From positions 5,306 through 69,305 of the forward strand of contig JAJYMV010000055.1 of the NCBI GenBank assembly GCA_021786705.1: a stretch of DNA of 64,000 nucleotides, read 5' to 3'. The position numbers and the translations under genes were made by a program. Positions 37,204 to 47,715 of this stretch are shown in pieces. A model generated the notes under the pieces. It had not been told where the DNA came from and did no database searches. It worked only from the letters and a program-made list of their open reading frames with translations. Every line of letters starts with the position of its first letter. The first letter of the stretch is position 1. The DNA comes from a bacterium (GTDB lineage Bacteria > Vulcanimicrobiota > Vulcanimicrobiia > Vulcanimicrobiales > Vulcanimicrobiaceae).

Positions 37204-37217
37204 CGCCGATGCGCTAG
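37200..37217. terminator. short palindrome containing both convergent TAG stop codons (Prx-like gene and clpX)
   Basis: CTAGCGC-cgat-GCGCTAG: 7-bp stem, 4-nt loop. There is no U-tract, so terminator function is inferred only from position. Confidence 0.35.
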
Positions 37218-38482
37218 GCGGGCATCTCCTTCTGACGATCGCCGTAGATCAACGTCGGTTGCTCGCGTTTTTCGACGACGTCTTTATTCACGACGCACTT
37301 CTTGACGCCGACGAGCGACGGAAGATCGTACATCACATCGAGCATGATCTCTTCGAGAATCGAACGAAGCCCGCGCGCGCCGGTCTTGCGGCCTTGCGCT
37401 TTCGCGGCAATGGAGACGAGCGCGTCCTTGGTGAACTGCAGATCGACGCCATCCATCGCCAGAATGCGCTGGAACTGCTTCACGAGCGCGTTCCGCGGCT
37501 CGGTGAGAATGCGCCGCAGCGTCAGATCGTCGAGCGCATCGAGCGTGACGACGATCGGCAGGCGCCCGATAAATTCCGGAATGAGACCGAACTTCAGCAG
37601 ATCCTCGGGGAGCAGCTGACCGAGCATTTTGCTCGCTCGAGCGACGCGTTTGCTCTCCGGATTCGCACGAAATCCCATGTTGTTCGCGGCAACTCGCGAT
37701 TCGACGATGCGTTCCAAACCATCGAACGCTCCGCCGCAGATGAAGAGCACGTTGGTGGTATCGATCTGGATGAATTCTTGGTGCGGATGTTTACGCCCGC
37801 CCTGCGGCGGTACGTTTGCCGTGGTGCCTTCGAGTATTTTCAGGAGCGCTTGTTGCACGCCCTCACCCGAGACGTCTCGCGTGATCGACGGGTTCTCGCT
37901 CTTCCGAGCGATTTTATCGATCTCATCGATATAAATGATCCCGCGCTCCGCGCGCTTGACATCGTAGTCGGCGGCTTGGATGAGCTTCAGCAAAATATTT
38001 TCTACATCTTCGCCGACGTAGCCGGCCTCGGTAAGCGAGGTCGCGTCGGCCATCGCGAGCGGAACGTCGAGAATCTTCGCCAGCGTTTGCGCGAGATAGG
38101 TCTTCCCCGAGCCGGTCGGCCCGACGAGAAGAATATTCGATTTCTGCAGCTCGACGTCGTCCGCCCCACTCCCGGCGGGGCCGGCATTGATGCGTTTGTA
38201 GTGGTTGTACACCGCAACTGCGAGCGCTTTTTTCGCGCGATCTTGCCCGATGACGTAGGTGTCGAGAATCTGGTTGATCTCGCGTGGCTTCGGCAGGGCC
38301 CGCAGACGCGCGCCGTCATCGGCAGCCTTGTAGAGCTCCTCTTCGATGATCTCGTTGCAGAGCTCGATGCATTCGTCGCAGATGTAGACGCCGGGCCCGG
38401 CGATCAATTTCCGCACGTTCTCCTGCGATTTTCCGCAGAAGCTGCACTTCAGTTGCCCCTTTTCATCCCCGAAACGAAACAT
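37214..38482 (-). CDS. clpX: ATP-dependent Clp protease ATP-binding subunit ClpX
   Basis: Zinc-finger CSFCGKSQ...CDEC, Walker [18 protein letters not shown]. 422 aa. Confidence 0.97.
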   Translation of the reverse strand: MFRFGDEKGQLKCSFCGKSQENVRKLIAGPGVYICDECIELCNEIIEEELYKAADDGARLRALPKPREINQILDTYVIGQDRAKKALAVAVYNHYKRINAGPAGSGADDVELQKSNILLVGPTGSGKTYLAQTLAKILDVPLAMADATSLTEAGYVGEDVENILLKLIQAADYDVKRAERGIIYIDEIDKIARKSENPSITRDVSGEGVQQALLKILEGTTANVPPQGGRKHPHQEFIQIDTTNVLFICGGAFDGLERIVESRVAANNMGFRANPESKRVARASKMLGQLLPEDLLKFGLIPEFIGRLPIVVTLDALDDLTLRRILTEPRNALVKQFQRILAMDGVDLQFTKDALVSIAAKAQGRKTGARGLRSILEEIMLDVMYDLPSLVGVKKCVVNKDVVEKREQPTLIYGDRQKEMPA

Positions 38483-38505
38483 GGCGGACGGGCGACCTCC
38501 CTCGG

Positions 38506-39117
38506 CTACGGTGCCGGAGACGGCATCGAACTACGGTCTTCGATGATGCTATCGATTATCCCGTACTCTTTGGCGTCCTGGGCGGTCATATAGTAGTCGC
38601 GATCGATGTCCTTGAGGACGTCATCGAGGGGCTTCTTGCAGGTCGCTTCGTAAATTTTTGCCACCGTCAGTCGGGTCGCGATCAGGTCGCGCGCGGCGAT
38701 CTCCACGTCGGTCGCCTGCCCCCCGAGCTGGGAGACCCACGGCTGATGGATGAGAATCTTCGCATGCGGAAGGGCGAAGCGCTTCCCTTGAGCGCCGCCG
38801 GTCAGGAGGATCGAGCCCATCGATGCCGCCATGCCCATACAAATCGTCGCGACGTCGGGCTTAATGAAACGCATCGCATCGTAGATCGCCAGGCCGGCGG
38901 TCACGCTGCCGCCGGGGCTATTGACATACATATCGATGTCTTTGTCGGGGTCTTCTTTTTCCAGGAAGAGCAGCTGCGCGATCGTCAAGCTCGCGATCGA
39001 ATCGTCGATCGGGCCGCCGACGAAAACGATACGGTCTTTGAGAAGCCGCGAATAAATGTCGTACGCGCGCTCCCCGCGCGACGACTGTTCGACGACCATC
39101 GGTACCAAGTGACCCAT
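38506..39117 (-). CDS. clpP: ATP-dependent Clp protease proteolytic subunit ClpP
   Basis: [17 protein letters not shown], active-site [11 protein letters not shown]. Confidence 0.97.
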   Translation of the reverse strand: MGHLVPMVVEQSSRGERAYDIYSRLLKDRIVFVGGPIDDSIASLTIAQLLFLEKEDPDKDIDMYVNSPGGSVTAGLAIYDAMRFIKPDVATICMGMAASMGSILLTGGAQGKRFALPHAKILIHQPWVSQLGGQATDVEIAARDLIATRLTVAKIYEATCKKPLDDVLKDIDRDYYMTAQDAKEYGIIDSIIEDRSSMPSPAP

Positions 39118-39185
39118 CGGAGAACGACCTATCCCTTCTTCACCGACGGCATGAAGCCGTCGCGTTGACGCTGCGTGTACGTTCT

Positions 39186-40478
39186 CTACGGCGCGGCGAC
39201 GCGCTGCGCCTTGTCGATGAGAAATTCGAGGGTTTTATTCCGGACGATGCCGTCGTAGACCGACTGCATGTTCTGCGCGAGCGCCTCGCGTACGCGTTCC
39301 ACGGGCTGGCCGTATCGGCGAGCGAGGAGAGCGAGTTCGGCCTGAATCTCTCCCGGGGTCGCCTCGATCCCCTCCGTATCGGCGATCGCTTCGATCAGAA
39401 GCGTCCCCTTCACGCGACGTTCGGCATCTCCGGTAAGTTCCTCGCGAAGTTCTTCCTCCGTCTTGCCGATCGAGGCCAGATACTCCGCAAAATTCGCTCC
39501 CTGCTCTTGGGCCATGCGCCGCGCCTCTTCGACGAGCTGCTCGCGTTCGGCGACCAGCAGGCTCGGCGGCACGGGAATATCGTGCGAAGCGACGAGCTGC
39601 TCCATTACCGCGTTGCCGATCTCGCGACGCACGCGGGCTTCGGCGATCCCCTCGAGCCGCTTGCGGATCTCCGCTCGCAACTCCTCGATCGTCGCGAAAT
39701 CGCTGACCTCGGCGGCGAAGGCATCGTCGAGCGTCGGCATTTCAAGCTGCTTCACGTCGTGGAGCGTCACCTCGAAGATCGCCGTCTTTCCGGCGAGTTC
39801 GCTCGCGTGATAGCCCTCGGGAAAATGCGTTTCGATCTCTCGGCGTTCGCCGGCGTTCATACCGACGATTCCGGTCGCAAAGCCCGGAATAAAGCGGTCC
39901 TCGAGCAACTCGGCGACCTGCCCCTCCGCGGAGCCTCCCTCAAAGGGCGTCCCATCGATCCGCCCGATGAAGTCGATCGTCACGATATCGCCGAGCGCGG
40001 CCGGGCGATCGACGGGGGCGAGGGTGCCGAGATCGCGCGCGAGCCCTTCGAGCGTGCGGGCGACCTCGTCGTCGCTGACGGTGCGCTCCTGGACCGAGAC
40101 CGAGAGCCCCGTGTAGGTTCCTAACTCCAACCTCGGGCGCACCTCAACGCGCGCCTTCACGCGCAGCGGCTCGTTCTCCGCGCTGGGGAGCATCTCGAGC
40201 TTGGGGCGCGCGACCGGGGCGAGTTCGTGTTCCCGAACCGCCGAGCTATAGAGCTCCGGAACGAGATCCTCCATCGCCTCGGATTCGATTCCCGCGGTGC
40301 CGTAGGTCTGCTCGAAGACGCGACGAGGGATGTGCCCCTTGCGAAAACCGGGAATACGCGCGTTCTTGCTCAGACGCCGAAAGGCGACCTCGCGGGCGCG
40401 ATCGAGTGCATCGGGCAGCACGGGGATAACGAGTTCGACGCTCGTCGCATCGAGTCGGGTGAGGGTTGAGGTCGTCAC
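39186..40478 (-). CDS. tig: trigger factor
   Basis: Ribosome-binding motif [11 protein letters not shown] and a central FKBP-type domain. Start refined to GTG 40478 (or 40493), because the track ORF runs into tRNA-Gly. Confidence 0.93.
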   Translation of the reverse strand: MTTSTLTRLDATSVELVIPVLPDALDRAREVAFRRLSKNARIPGFRKGHIPRRVFEQTYGTAGIESEAMEDLVPELYSSAVREHELAPVARPKLEMLPSAENEPLRVKARVEVRPRLELGTYTGLSVSVQERTVSDDEVARTLEGLARDLGTLAPVDRPAALGDIVTIDFIGRIDGTPFEGGSAEGQVAELLEDRFIPGFATGIVGMNAGERREIETHFPEGYHASELAGKTAIFEVTLHDVKQLEMPTLDDAFAAEVSDFATIEELRAEIRKRLEGIAEARVRREIGNAVMEQLVASHDIPVPPSLLVAEREQLVEEARRMAQEQGANFAEYLASIGKTEEELREELTGDAERRVKGTLLIEAIADTEGIEATPGEIQAELALLARRYGQPVERVREALAQNMQSVYDGIVRNKTLEFLIDKAQRVAAP

Positions 40479-40517
40479 GGGATCCTTACTCACTTGGTTG
40501 GGGTCGGCGCGCCGCGA

Positions 40518-40592
40518 TGGAGCGGAAGACGAGATTCGAACTCGCGACCCTCGCCTTGGCAAGGCGATGCTCTACCACTGAGCTACTTCCGC
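40518..40592 (-). tRNA. tRNA-Gly (GCC), CCA encoded
   Basis: Reverse complement GCGGAAGTAGCTCAGTGGTAGAGC-A-TCGCC-TTGCCAA-GGCGA...TTCGAAT...CTTCCGCTCCA folds as a cloverleaf. The anticodon loop reads GCC. Confidence 0.93.
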
Positions 40593-40617
40593 ATCGAACG
40601 GCCCGCCGCGCGCGGGA

Positions 40618-40702
40618 TGGTGGGCAAGCAGAGACTCGAACTCTGACGGGTCTCCCCACTGGAACCTAAATCCAGCGCGTCTACCAGTTTCGCCACTTGC
40701 CC
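40618..40702 (-). tRNA. tRNA-Leu (TAG), long variable arm, CCA encoded
   Basis: GGGCAAGTGGCGAAACTGGTAGACGC-G-CTGGA-TTTAGGT-TCCAG plus a variable arm, TTCGAGT T-loop and CTTGCCCACCA. Confidence 0.93.
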
Positions 40703-40776
40703 TCAGGCGAACGCCCCATACTATAACGAGAACCCACCAAATCCTGCGCCGCCGAGCTACCGGCAAGAGAAAACTT

Positions 40777-40852
40777 TGGTGCACCGCGAGGGACTTGAAC
40801 CCCCAACCAAGTGATTAAGAGTCACCTGCTCTACCAATTGAGCTAGCGGTGC
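40777..40852 (-). tRNA. tRNA-Lys (CTT), CCA encoded
   Basis: GCACCGCTAGCTCAATTGGTAGAGC-A-GGTGA-CTCTTAA-TCACT...TTCAAGT...GCGGTGCACCA. Confidence 0.93.
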
Positions 40853-40858
40853 GTATTT

Positions 40859-40931
40859 TGCGCCCTCTGGGACTCGAACCCAGGACCAACGGATTAAAAG
40901 TCCGCTGCTCTACCGACTGAGCTAAAGGCGC
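40859..40931 (-). tRNA. tRNA-Lys (TTT), CCA not encoded
   Basis: GCGCCTTTAGCTCAGTCGGTAGAGC-A-GCGGA-CTTTTAA-TCCGT...TTCGAGT...AGGGCGCA. Confidence 0.9.
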
Positions 40932-40994
40932 AGAGGCGCGTATCAGTGTAAACGGCCGCCCAGGCTTTTGCAAGCGAAAAAGGTGCGCCTTTCG

Positions 40995-43790
40995 TTACGT
41001 GCCGGTCGCGGCCATCGAGGAAAGATTTTCTGCCTGGGCGACCAGGCGCTCGCGAAACTCCGCTGCCGTCAGCGGCTCGGCGAAAAGAAAGCCCTGCGCG
41101 TCGATACACCCGGCGGCGATGAGGACCTCGCGCTGCCGTTCGGTCTCCACGCCTTCGGCGACGACGCGGACGCCGAAGGCCTCCGAGAGCCGGACGAGCG
41201 TGTGGACGATCGGTTCGCTGGCGATCTCGCCGTTCGCGCCGGCAACGAACCCTTTGTCGATCTTAATGGCGTCGATCTTAAAGTGCTGCATGTAGCGCAT
41301 TGAGGAGTACCCGGTCCCGAAATCATCGATGCAGACGGCGAATCCACGCTCGCGAACCCGCTCGATTCTCTCCATCGCCAATTCCGTATCGTCGAGCATC
41401 GAATTCTCGGTGATTTCGATTGCCAGGTTGCTCGGCTTGAGCGCATATTCGTCGATCGCCGCGCTGAGCGTGCGGTCGAAGCCCGGTTCGAGCAGCTCCG
41501 TCGGCGTCGCGTTGAAATGCAGGGTGAACGTACTGATATCGATCCCGGCGCGTCGCCACGCGGCGAGTTGCGAACACCCGGTATCGAGCACGAAAGCGCC
41601 GATGCTCCGGGCGAAGCCGCCGCGCTCGGCGAGCGGAATGAAAAGCATCGGCGAAATAACGCCGCGCGTCGGATGATCCCAGCGCAAGAGCGCTTCCGCC
41701 CCTTTGATCGCGCCGGTGCGCAGATCGACGACCGGCTGGTAAAGCACGCGGAACTCGCGGCGCTCGACGGCGAAGCGCAGATCCGCGGCGAGCGCAACGC
41801 GCTCGGCGGCCGCCGTCTGCATCTCGGCATCGAAGACGGCGAAGCGTTCGCGCCCGACCGTCTTCGCGTACTGCATCGCAATTTCGGCATCGCGTAAGAC
41901 CTCGTCGCCGCGCTCGTACTTCTCCGGCCCGATCGCGATGCCGATGCTGGCGCCGAGGAAGATCGGGCGACCCTCGACGAGGAACGGTTTCGAAAGGTTT
42001 TCGAGCAATCGTCGCGCGAGCGATTCCACGTGGATGACGTCGCCGAGCGTGCCGACGAGAATCGCAAACTCGTCGCTACCCAGGCGAGCGACGGTATCGT
42101 CGGCATTTAAGGAACCGCGCAGACGAGTCGAGATCTGCCGAAGTACCGCGTCTCCGCCCGAGTGTCCGAGACTTTCGTTGACGTCCTTGAAATGTTCGAG
42201 ATCGACGAAAATGACCGAGAAAAGTGCCCCGGCTTCGCTGCGAGCGTGCTCGAAGCGCACCGCAAGCTGCTCTTCGAAGGCTTGCCGATTCGGGAGCCCG
42301 GTCAGCGCGTCGTGGAGACGTTGGAAGTTCAGCCGCCGCTCCTGCTGCTTGATCGTCGTCTTATCGGCAAACGTGCACATGGCGAATGGATGCTCGCCGT
42401 TCGAATCGGTCACGCCGGAGATAGTGACGTCGACCCACATCTCTTCGCTTAGGCCGGCGATCCGTCGTTCGACCGTAAAAGCATCGCGCGCGCCGCTCAT
42501 CACTTCGGCGAACTCGCTTTCGTGCCCGTCGAGAAGATGGTGGTGCACGTCGATCACGCTACGATAGACGGCGTTCGCGTCGATCGCTTTTCCGTGACGA
42601 TCGAGAATGGCGATCCCCATCGTCGAACCGTCGAAGACGGCGCGAAACTGTGCCTCGCTCAAATGGAGCGCGCGTTCGGCATCCTGGCGCGCGAGTTCGC
42701 TCGCCAATCGTTCCCGCTCGCGCTGCGCTTCATCGAGCGCCCGCTGCGCCCGCCCGTTCGCAATCGACCAGGCCAAGAGGAGCGCCCCGAAGAGCACCAA
42801 GAGGATCCCGACCACCGTGAGAGCGCGCGCTCGTTGCGCCGCGGCGTAGTTCGCTTCGCGGCTATCGAGATCGGCGACGAGCATCCCGCCGACGGCGCCG
42901 TAGAGGGCGTTTGTGCTCCTGGCCGCGGCGAGGCTCAGTGCGGAGATTTTGCGCTCCGTCGCGCCGTCGATCCGCGGGAGCAACGCCGCGCTCGCGAGCG
43001 CGTTGGAGAGCGCGGTTCCCGCCGCGACGTACGTTTTCGCGCGCACGACAAAGCGGTTGACCGCCGGGGTTTCGCCGCGCGGCAAGGACGCGCGCAACCT
43101 CGCGGCCGTGCGAGTGATGTGGTCTTGCGCGAGACTGTACGAACTCGCGACGGCGGTCGAGATTCCATTGAAGCCGATGCGAACCGGAAGCGCGAAGGTG
43201 CGAGCAGCGACGAGATGCCGCACCTCTAAGGTCGCGCGTCGCGGGAACATCAGCGAGCTCGGGAGATCGTTAAACGCGATATCCGCGAGATTTTGCGAAA
43301 CGTGAGAACGCTCGTAACTAAAATTGGAAGTGTCGCCGAGATTTTGGATCAAATTCACGAGCGGGTTCAACGGCGCGCTGACCGCATCGAGCCCTTTCCA
43401 GCCCATCGGCGCGCGTTGCGCCCTGACCCAACCCGCTTCGACCGGCGCGAGCGAGGCTGCGGCCTCAAGCGCGCGCGCGTTCGGCGCGAGCAGTAGCTTT
43501 TTCATCGCCGCCAATTCGCGGCCCATCGCTGCGCCGGCGCGCTTGCGTGCCGCCGCATTACCGGCGACGACGGCATCGCGATAGTCGAGGGCTGCATTCG
43601 CGAGCGGTTGCGAGCGACGAAACGCCTCGATCGCGATCCGCTCGCGCGTCGAGATCGAGGGCGCGGTGGCGACTGCCATAAAGCGCGTGTAAGCCAGCAA
43701 CTGTGAAACCGCAAGCGCGATTCCGACCAGAAGCAGCACGATCGCGAGGATGCTGGGAACCCGCTGTGCCCATCGCGTACGCTCGGCCAT
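40995..43790 (-). CDS. membrane sensor protein: large extracytoplasmic domain, PAS, GGDEF (GSDEF variant), EAL
   Basis: Start refined to ATG 43790 (MAERTRWAQRVPSILAIVLLLVGIALAV). Second TM helix LTVVGILLVLFGALLLAW. RLGSDEFAIL, EALLRW, DDFGTGYSS, KIDKGF. Confidence 0.9.
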   Translation of the reverse strand: MAERTRWAQRVPSILAIVLLLVGIALAVSQLLAYTRFMAVATAPSISTRERIAIEAFRRSQPLANAALDYRDAVVAGNAAARKRAGAAMGRELAAMKKLLLAPNARALEAAASLAPVEAGWVRAQRAPMGWKGLDAVSAPLNPLVNLIQNLGDTSNFSYERSHVSQNLADIAFNDLPSSLMFPRRATLEVRHLVAARTFALPVRIGFNGISTAVASSYSLAQDHITRTAARLRASLPRGETPAVNRFVVRAKTYVAAGTALSNALASAALLPRIDGATERKISALSLAAARSTNALYGAVGGMLVADLDSREANYAAAQRARALTVVGILLVLFGALLLAWSIANGRAQRALDEAQRERERLASELARQDAERALHLSEAQFRAVFDGSTMGIAILDRHGKAIDANAVYRSVIDVHHHLLDGHESEFAEVMSGARDAFTVERRIAGLSEEMWVDVTISGVTDSNGEHPFAMCTFADKTTIKQQERRLNFQRLHDALTGLPNRQAFEEQLAVRFEHARSEAGALFSVIFVDLEHFKDVNESLGHSGGDAVLRQISTRLRGSLNADDTVARLGSDEFAILVGTLGDVIHVESLARRLLENLSKPFLVEGRPIFLGASIGIAIGPEKYERGDEVLRDAEIAMQYAKTVGRERFAVFDAEMQTAAAERVALAADLRFAVERREFRVLYQPVVDLRTGAIKGAEALLRWDHPTRGVISPMLFIPLAERGGFARSIGAFVLDTGCSQLAAWRRAGIDISTFTLHFNATPTELLEPGFDRTLSAAIDEYALKPSNLAIEITENSMLDDTELAMERIERVRERGFAVCIDDFGTGYSSMRYMQHFKIDAIKIDKGFVAGANGEIASEPIVHTLVRLSEAFGVRVVAEGVETERQREVLIAAGCIDAQGFLFAEPLTAAEFRERLVAQAENLSSMAATGT

Positions 43791-43839
43791 AGAGCGAGCA
43801 TACGACGGCGAGCGCCGAATAACTCCTTCCTCAACGTTT

Positions 43840-43869
43840 CGCGACCCCACTTTTTCAAGCGGGGCCGCG
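43840..43869 (-). terminator. hairpin just downstream of tRNA-His (possible terminator or processing structure)
   Basis: On the minus-strand RNA, CGCGGCCCCGC-uugaaaaa-GUGGGGUCGCG forms 11 bp including 2 G-U pairs. Those two pairs are A-C mismatches on the other strand. No U-tract. Confidence 0.3.
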
Positions 43870-43882
43870 AAGCGAGCGGAAG

Positions 43883-43960
43883 TGGGGTGACTGACCGGGT
43901 TCGAACCGGCGACCTCCTGAGTCACAGTCAGGCGCTCTAACCAGCTGAGCTACAATCACC
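43883..43960 (-). tRNA. tRNA-His (GTG) with encoded G-1 and CCA
   Basis: G-GTGATTG-TA-GCTCAGCTGGTTAGAGC-G-CCTGA-CTGTGAC-TCAGG...TTCGAAC...CAGTCAC-C-CCA. Confidence 0.9.
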
Positions 43961-43977
43961 ACGCATGCGCATCGAAA

Positions 43978-44051
<74 letters not shown>

Positions 44052-44077
44052 GCGAGCCCTTCGGCATGCAATCCATC

Positions 44078-44151
44078 TCGGGACGACAGGATTTGAACCT
44101 GCGACTTCTTGCTCCCAAAGCAAGCGCTCTACCAAGCTGAGCTACGTCCCG
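44078..44151 (-). tRNA. tRNA-Pro (TGG), CCA not encoded
   Basis: CGGGACGTAGCTCAGCTTGGTAGAGCG-CTTGC-TTTGGGA-GCAAG...TTCAAAT...CGTCCCGA. Confidence 0.9.
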
Positions 44152-44995
44152 CCGGCTCCCCGCGGAGCATATCACAGAGGGGCAAGCCGAGCCCGCGCGC
44201 CGGGCCCTCATCGCCGAGGCGCACCGACGCCTCCACGATGCTCCCGCCGCATCGGCGAAGGAGGCGCGTGAGACGTTCGCTCGCCGTCGGCACCCGCACC
44301 CGCGCGAGATCTCGTCCGAGCGAGCGCAGGCGCGCGAACGCATAGAGCATCGCATCGCCGAGTGCTGCCGCGCTTACCGCACCCCCCGGTCCGAGCGCAC
44401 CATCGGGAGAGACGTAGAGGTACGCGGCGAGCTCGCCGTCAGGGCGCGAAAAGAGCAGTCCCTGCGCCGAGGCCTGCACGGCTTCGTGCAGTGCGGCATC
44501 GCGCGGCCTTCCGGCAAGCGCGTCGAGTTCGAGCAGGCCGGGGAGATCGCCGGCGCCCTGCACCGGGCGCACCCCGAGCGCTCCGGCTCCATCGAGTTCG
44601 CCGGCAAGGCGCTCCGCGGTCGGTAGCGCGAGGCTGTAGCCGAAATAGATCTCGCCGATCGAGCCGAGCAGGCCGTACATCGGGGCGAGTTCGTCGGGGA
44701 GAGTCGGAGCGACCGCGCGCACGATCCGGCGCTCGTCGCCGCGCAGCTCCTCCAGCATCGCTCGCGCAACGCCGCGCCCGCGCGCGTCGCGCGCCACCGC
44801 GATACTTTGTAGTTCTACCGCGATCTCATCGCACGTATAGACTGCGAGCCCGCTCGGCTCGCCCTCCACGATCGCCATAAGCGCGCGCTCGCGCGCGACG
44901 AGCGCCGCGAGCGTCGGCGTCAGCGCCGCATCACCGAGCAGCGCCGCGGCCTCACCGGGCGACGCGATACGAAAATCGATCGGCGACGAACTCAT
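44129..44995 (-). CDS. GNAT-family acetyltransferase-like protein with a C-terminal extension
   Basis: Start refined to ATG 44995 (ATGA overlap with the rdgB stop). Acetyl-CoA motif-A-like IAVARDARGRGVARAMLEEL. The last 23 nt, including the TAG stop, overlap the 5' part of tRNA-Pro. Confidence 0.6.
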   Translation of the reverse strand: MSSSPIDFRIASPGEAAALLGDAALTPTLAALVARERALMAIVEGEPSGLAVYTCDEIAVELQSIAVARDARGRGVARAMLEELRGDERRIVRAVAPTLPDELAPMYGLLGSIGEIYFGYSLALPTAERLAGELDGAGALGVRPVQGAGDLPGLLELDALAGRPRDAALHEAVQASAQGLLFSRPDGELAAYLYVSPDGALGPGGAVSAAALGDAMLYAFARLRSLGRDLARVRVPTASERLTRLLRRCGGSIVEASVRLGDEGPARGLGLPLCDMLRGEPAGRSSAW

Positions 44996-45588
44996 CGATC
45001 CATCGCCGCGAGCAATGCCCGCACGGCGCGAGCTCGATGGCTGACCCGCGCCTTCTCCTCGGCGCTCATCTCGGCGAAGGTTCGCCGCTCCCCATCCGGG
45101 AGAAAGAGCGGGTCGTACCCGAAGCCGGCGCTGCCGCGCTCGACGGTCGCGATCGTCCCATGCGTCGCGCCGAAGCCCTCGAAGCGACGCCCCTTCCCGT
45201 CGATCGCCAGCAGCGCACAGCAAAAGCGCGCGGTACGTCGCCCCGTCGGCACCTCGGAGAGCTCCGCGAGGAGGCTCGCGCGCCGCTGTGCCCACGTGAG
45301 TTCGAGCCCTCCGTATCGGGCCGAGCGAAGCCCCGGTGCGCCGTCGAGCGCGTCGATCTCTAATCCGCTATCGTCGGCGAAGACCGTCGCCGACTCGCCG
45401 AGTCGATCGAGTTCGCTGCGGAGTGCCGCGGCTTTTAACGCCGCGTTGCCGAAATAATCGTCGGCGTTCTCCTCGACCTCGGGATAGTGGATCGACGCCC
45501 CGAGTTCGATCCCGTGCGGGGCGAGCAGCGCCGCAAATTCCGCTCGTTTTCCATCGTTAGTGCTGGCGAGGAAGAATCGCTCGCTCAC
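44992..45588 (-). CDS. rdgB: non-canonical purine NTP pyrophosphatase (RdgB/HAM1)
   Basis: [44 protein letters not shown]. Confidence 0.93.
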   Translation of the reverse strand: MSERFFLASTNDGKRAEFAALLAPHGIELGASIHYPEVEENADDYFGNAALKAAALRSELDRLGESATVFADDSGLEIDALDGAPGLRSARYGGLELTWAQRRASLLAELSEVPTGRRTARFCCALLAIDGKGRRFEGFGATHGTIATVERGSAGFGYDPLFLPDGERRTFAEMSAEEKARVSHRARAVRALLAAMDR

Positions 45589-47414
45589 GACTCGAGTTGG
45601 AGCACCGCCATGAATGCTTCCTGCGGAAGTTCGACCCGGCCGACACGGCGCATGCGCTCCTTTCCCGCCTTCTGTTTTTCGAGCAGTTTGCGTTTTCGGC
45701 TAATGTCGCCGCCGTAACATTTTGCGAGCACGTTTTTCCGCATCGCGCTGACGGTTTCGCGCGCGACGATCTTTCCGCCGATCGCCGCTTGAATCGGGAC
45801 CTCGAACATTTGCCGAGGAATCAGTTCCTTCAGCTTTTCGGCCAACAGACGCCCGCGATTCGATGCTTTATCGCGCGCGACGATAAAGGAGAGTGCGTCT
45901 ACTGCCTCACCGTTGAGAAGAATTTCCAATTTCACGAGGTCGCCCTCGCGATAACCGATCGGTTCGTAATCGAGCGACGCGTAGCCCTTCGTGCGCGATT
46001 TTAATTGATCGAAGAGATCGACGATCACTTCGATCAACGGCATCTCGTAACTGAGAATCACCCGGCCGTCGTGGAGATACTCCATGTTCAGCAGGGCGCC
46101 GCGACGCGATTGAATGATCTCCATGATCGCCCCCACGTACTCGGGCGGGGAGATAATCGTGGCTTTCACGTAGGGCTCTTCGAGTTGCGCGATGAGATTG
46201 GAGGGCGGCAACTTCGACGGATTATCGACGAGTTCGACGCTGCCGTCGGTTCGCGTCACCCGAAAGACCACCGAGGGCGAGGTGGCGATGAGGTCCAGGG
46301 TATAGTCGCGCTCGAGACGTTCTTGAACGATCTCCATGTGCAGCAAGCCCAGAAACCCGCAGCGAAAACCGAAGCCGAGCGCGATTGAGGTCTCGGGCTC
46401 GAAAACCAGCGCGGCATCGTTGAGCTTCAGCTTGTCGAGCGCGTCGCGGAGCGAATCGTAGGCCGCACCTTCGTTGGGATAGAGGCCGCAGTAGACCATC
46501 GGGACGGCCTTCCGATAGCCCGGAAGCGCGACGTGGGCCGGATTGTTCGCCGCGGTAATCGTATCGCCGACATCGATATCGCCCAGCGATTTGACGTTGG
46601 CGATGACGTAGCCGACGTCGCCGATACTCAGGCGTTTCGTCGGGCGCATCTGCGGCGCGAAGAGCCCCACCTCCGTGCACTCGTAGACCCGTTCGTGCGC
46701 CATCGACATAAATTTGGTGCCGCTCTCGATCGCCCCGTCGACGACGCGCACGTAACTGACGACGCCGCGGTATGGATCGAATTGAGCGTTGAACACGAGG
46801 CCGCGAACGAGATCGGTATGCCCCTGCGGCGCGGGAACCCGCGCGACGATCGCTTCGAGAATATTTTCGATGCCGATGCCGTTCTTCGCACTGGCGAGGA
46901 TGCATTCGCTCCGCTCGATCACCAACAGCTCTTCGATCTCGGCCATAACGCGCTCAGGATCGGCGGCCGGGAGATCGATTTTATTGATCACCGGAACGAT
47001 CGTAAGGTTATGTTCGAGCGCGAGGTGATAATTCGCCAACGTCTGCGCCTCGATGCCCTGCGCCGCATCGATAATCAACAGCGCGCCCTCGCAGGCCGCG
47101 AGCGAGCGTGAAACTTCGTACGAAAAATCGACGTGCCCCGGGGTATCGATGAGATTGAGCCGATAAATTTCGCCGTTGAGGGCTGGGTAACGAAGCGTGA
47201 CCGGATGCATGCGAATGGTGATGCCGCGTTCGCGTTCGAGATCCATTGCGTCGAGTTGCTGCTCTTCCAAGACGCGCGACTCGATTGTTTTGGTCATCTC
47301 CAAAAGGCGATCGGAGAGCGTGGTCTTTCCGTGATCGATATGCGCGATAATGCAAAAGTTTCGCGTATTCGAAATCGTCTGCAGCCGATGCGCGTGGTCG
47401 GTCGCTCTCTCCAT
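45585..47414 (-). CDS. lepA: elongation factor 4
   Basis: [28 protein letters not shown], and the LepA-specific C-terminal domain ([18 protein letters not shown]). Confidence 0.97.
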   Translation of the reverse strand: MERATDHAHRLQTISNTRNFCIIAHIDHGKTTLSDRLLEMTKTIESRVLEEQQLDAMDLERERGITIRMHPVTLRYPALNGEIYRLNLIDTPGHVDFSYEVSRSLAACEGALLIIDAAQGIEAQTLANYHLALEHNLTIVPVINKIDLPAADPERVMAEIEELLVIERSECILASAKNGIGIENILEAIVARVPAPQGHTDLVRGLVFNAQFDPYRGVVSYVRVVDGAIESGTKFMSMAHERVYECTEVGLFAPQMRPTKRLSIGDVGYVIANVKSLGDIDVGDTITAANNPAHVALPGYRKAVPMVYCGLYPNEGAAYDSLRDALDKLKLNDAALVFEPETSIALGFGFRCGFLGLLHMEIVQERLERDYTLDLIATSPSVVFRVTRTDGSVELVDNPSKLPPSNLIAQLEEPYVKATIISPPEYVGAIMEIIQSRRGALLNMEYLHDGRVILSYEMPLIEVIVDLFDQLKSRTKGYASLDYEPIGYREGDLVKLEILLNGEAVDALSFIVARDKASNRGRLLAEKLKELIPRQMFEVPIQAAIGGKIVARETVSAMRKNVLAKCYGGDISRKRKLLEKQKAGKERMRRVGRVELPQEAFMAVLQLES

Positions 47415-47421
47415 TGGGTGC

Positions 47422-47703
47422 TTAGAACGCGCAGGCGTGAAGCGTTGCCGAGATAATCACCGGGCGAACGACGAATTGAATGAGTAAGATCAGGACGATG
47501 AACGCGATATCGAAGCCGCCCATCGGCGGAATGATGCGCCGAATCGGGTTCAGAACCGGTTCGATCGCGGCGGCGAGATAGCGAACCCACGCTCCCTGAA
47601 GATCGGGAATCCACGAAATAACCGCGTACACGACCAGCACGATCATATAGATATTGAGCAACTCGAGCAGCAGCGGGCCGAGCGTGCAGGCGATAGCGTT
47701 CAC
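47422..47703 (-). CDS. YggT-family membrane protein
   Basis: 93 aa, two TM helices. YAVISWIP...[24 protein letters not shown] is typical of YggT. Confidence 0.8.
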   Translation of the reverse strand: MNAIACTLGPLLLELLNIYMIVLVVYAVISWIPDLQGAWVRYLAAAIEPVLNPIRRIIPPMGGFDIAFIVLILLIQFVVRPVIISATLHACAF

Positions 47704-47715
47704 GTTGGGAGGCTT

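Noticed and set aside
36812-38593. 593-aa plus-strand ORF spanning the clpX region
   Set aside because: It is antisense to clpX, whose zinc finger, Walker A/B motifs and full length are unmistakable. The composition is low-complexity.
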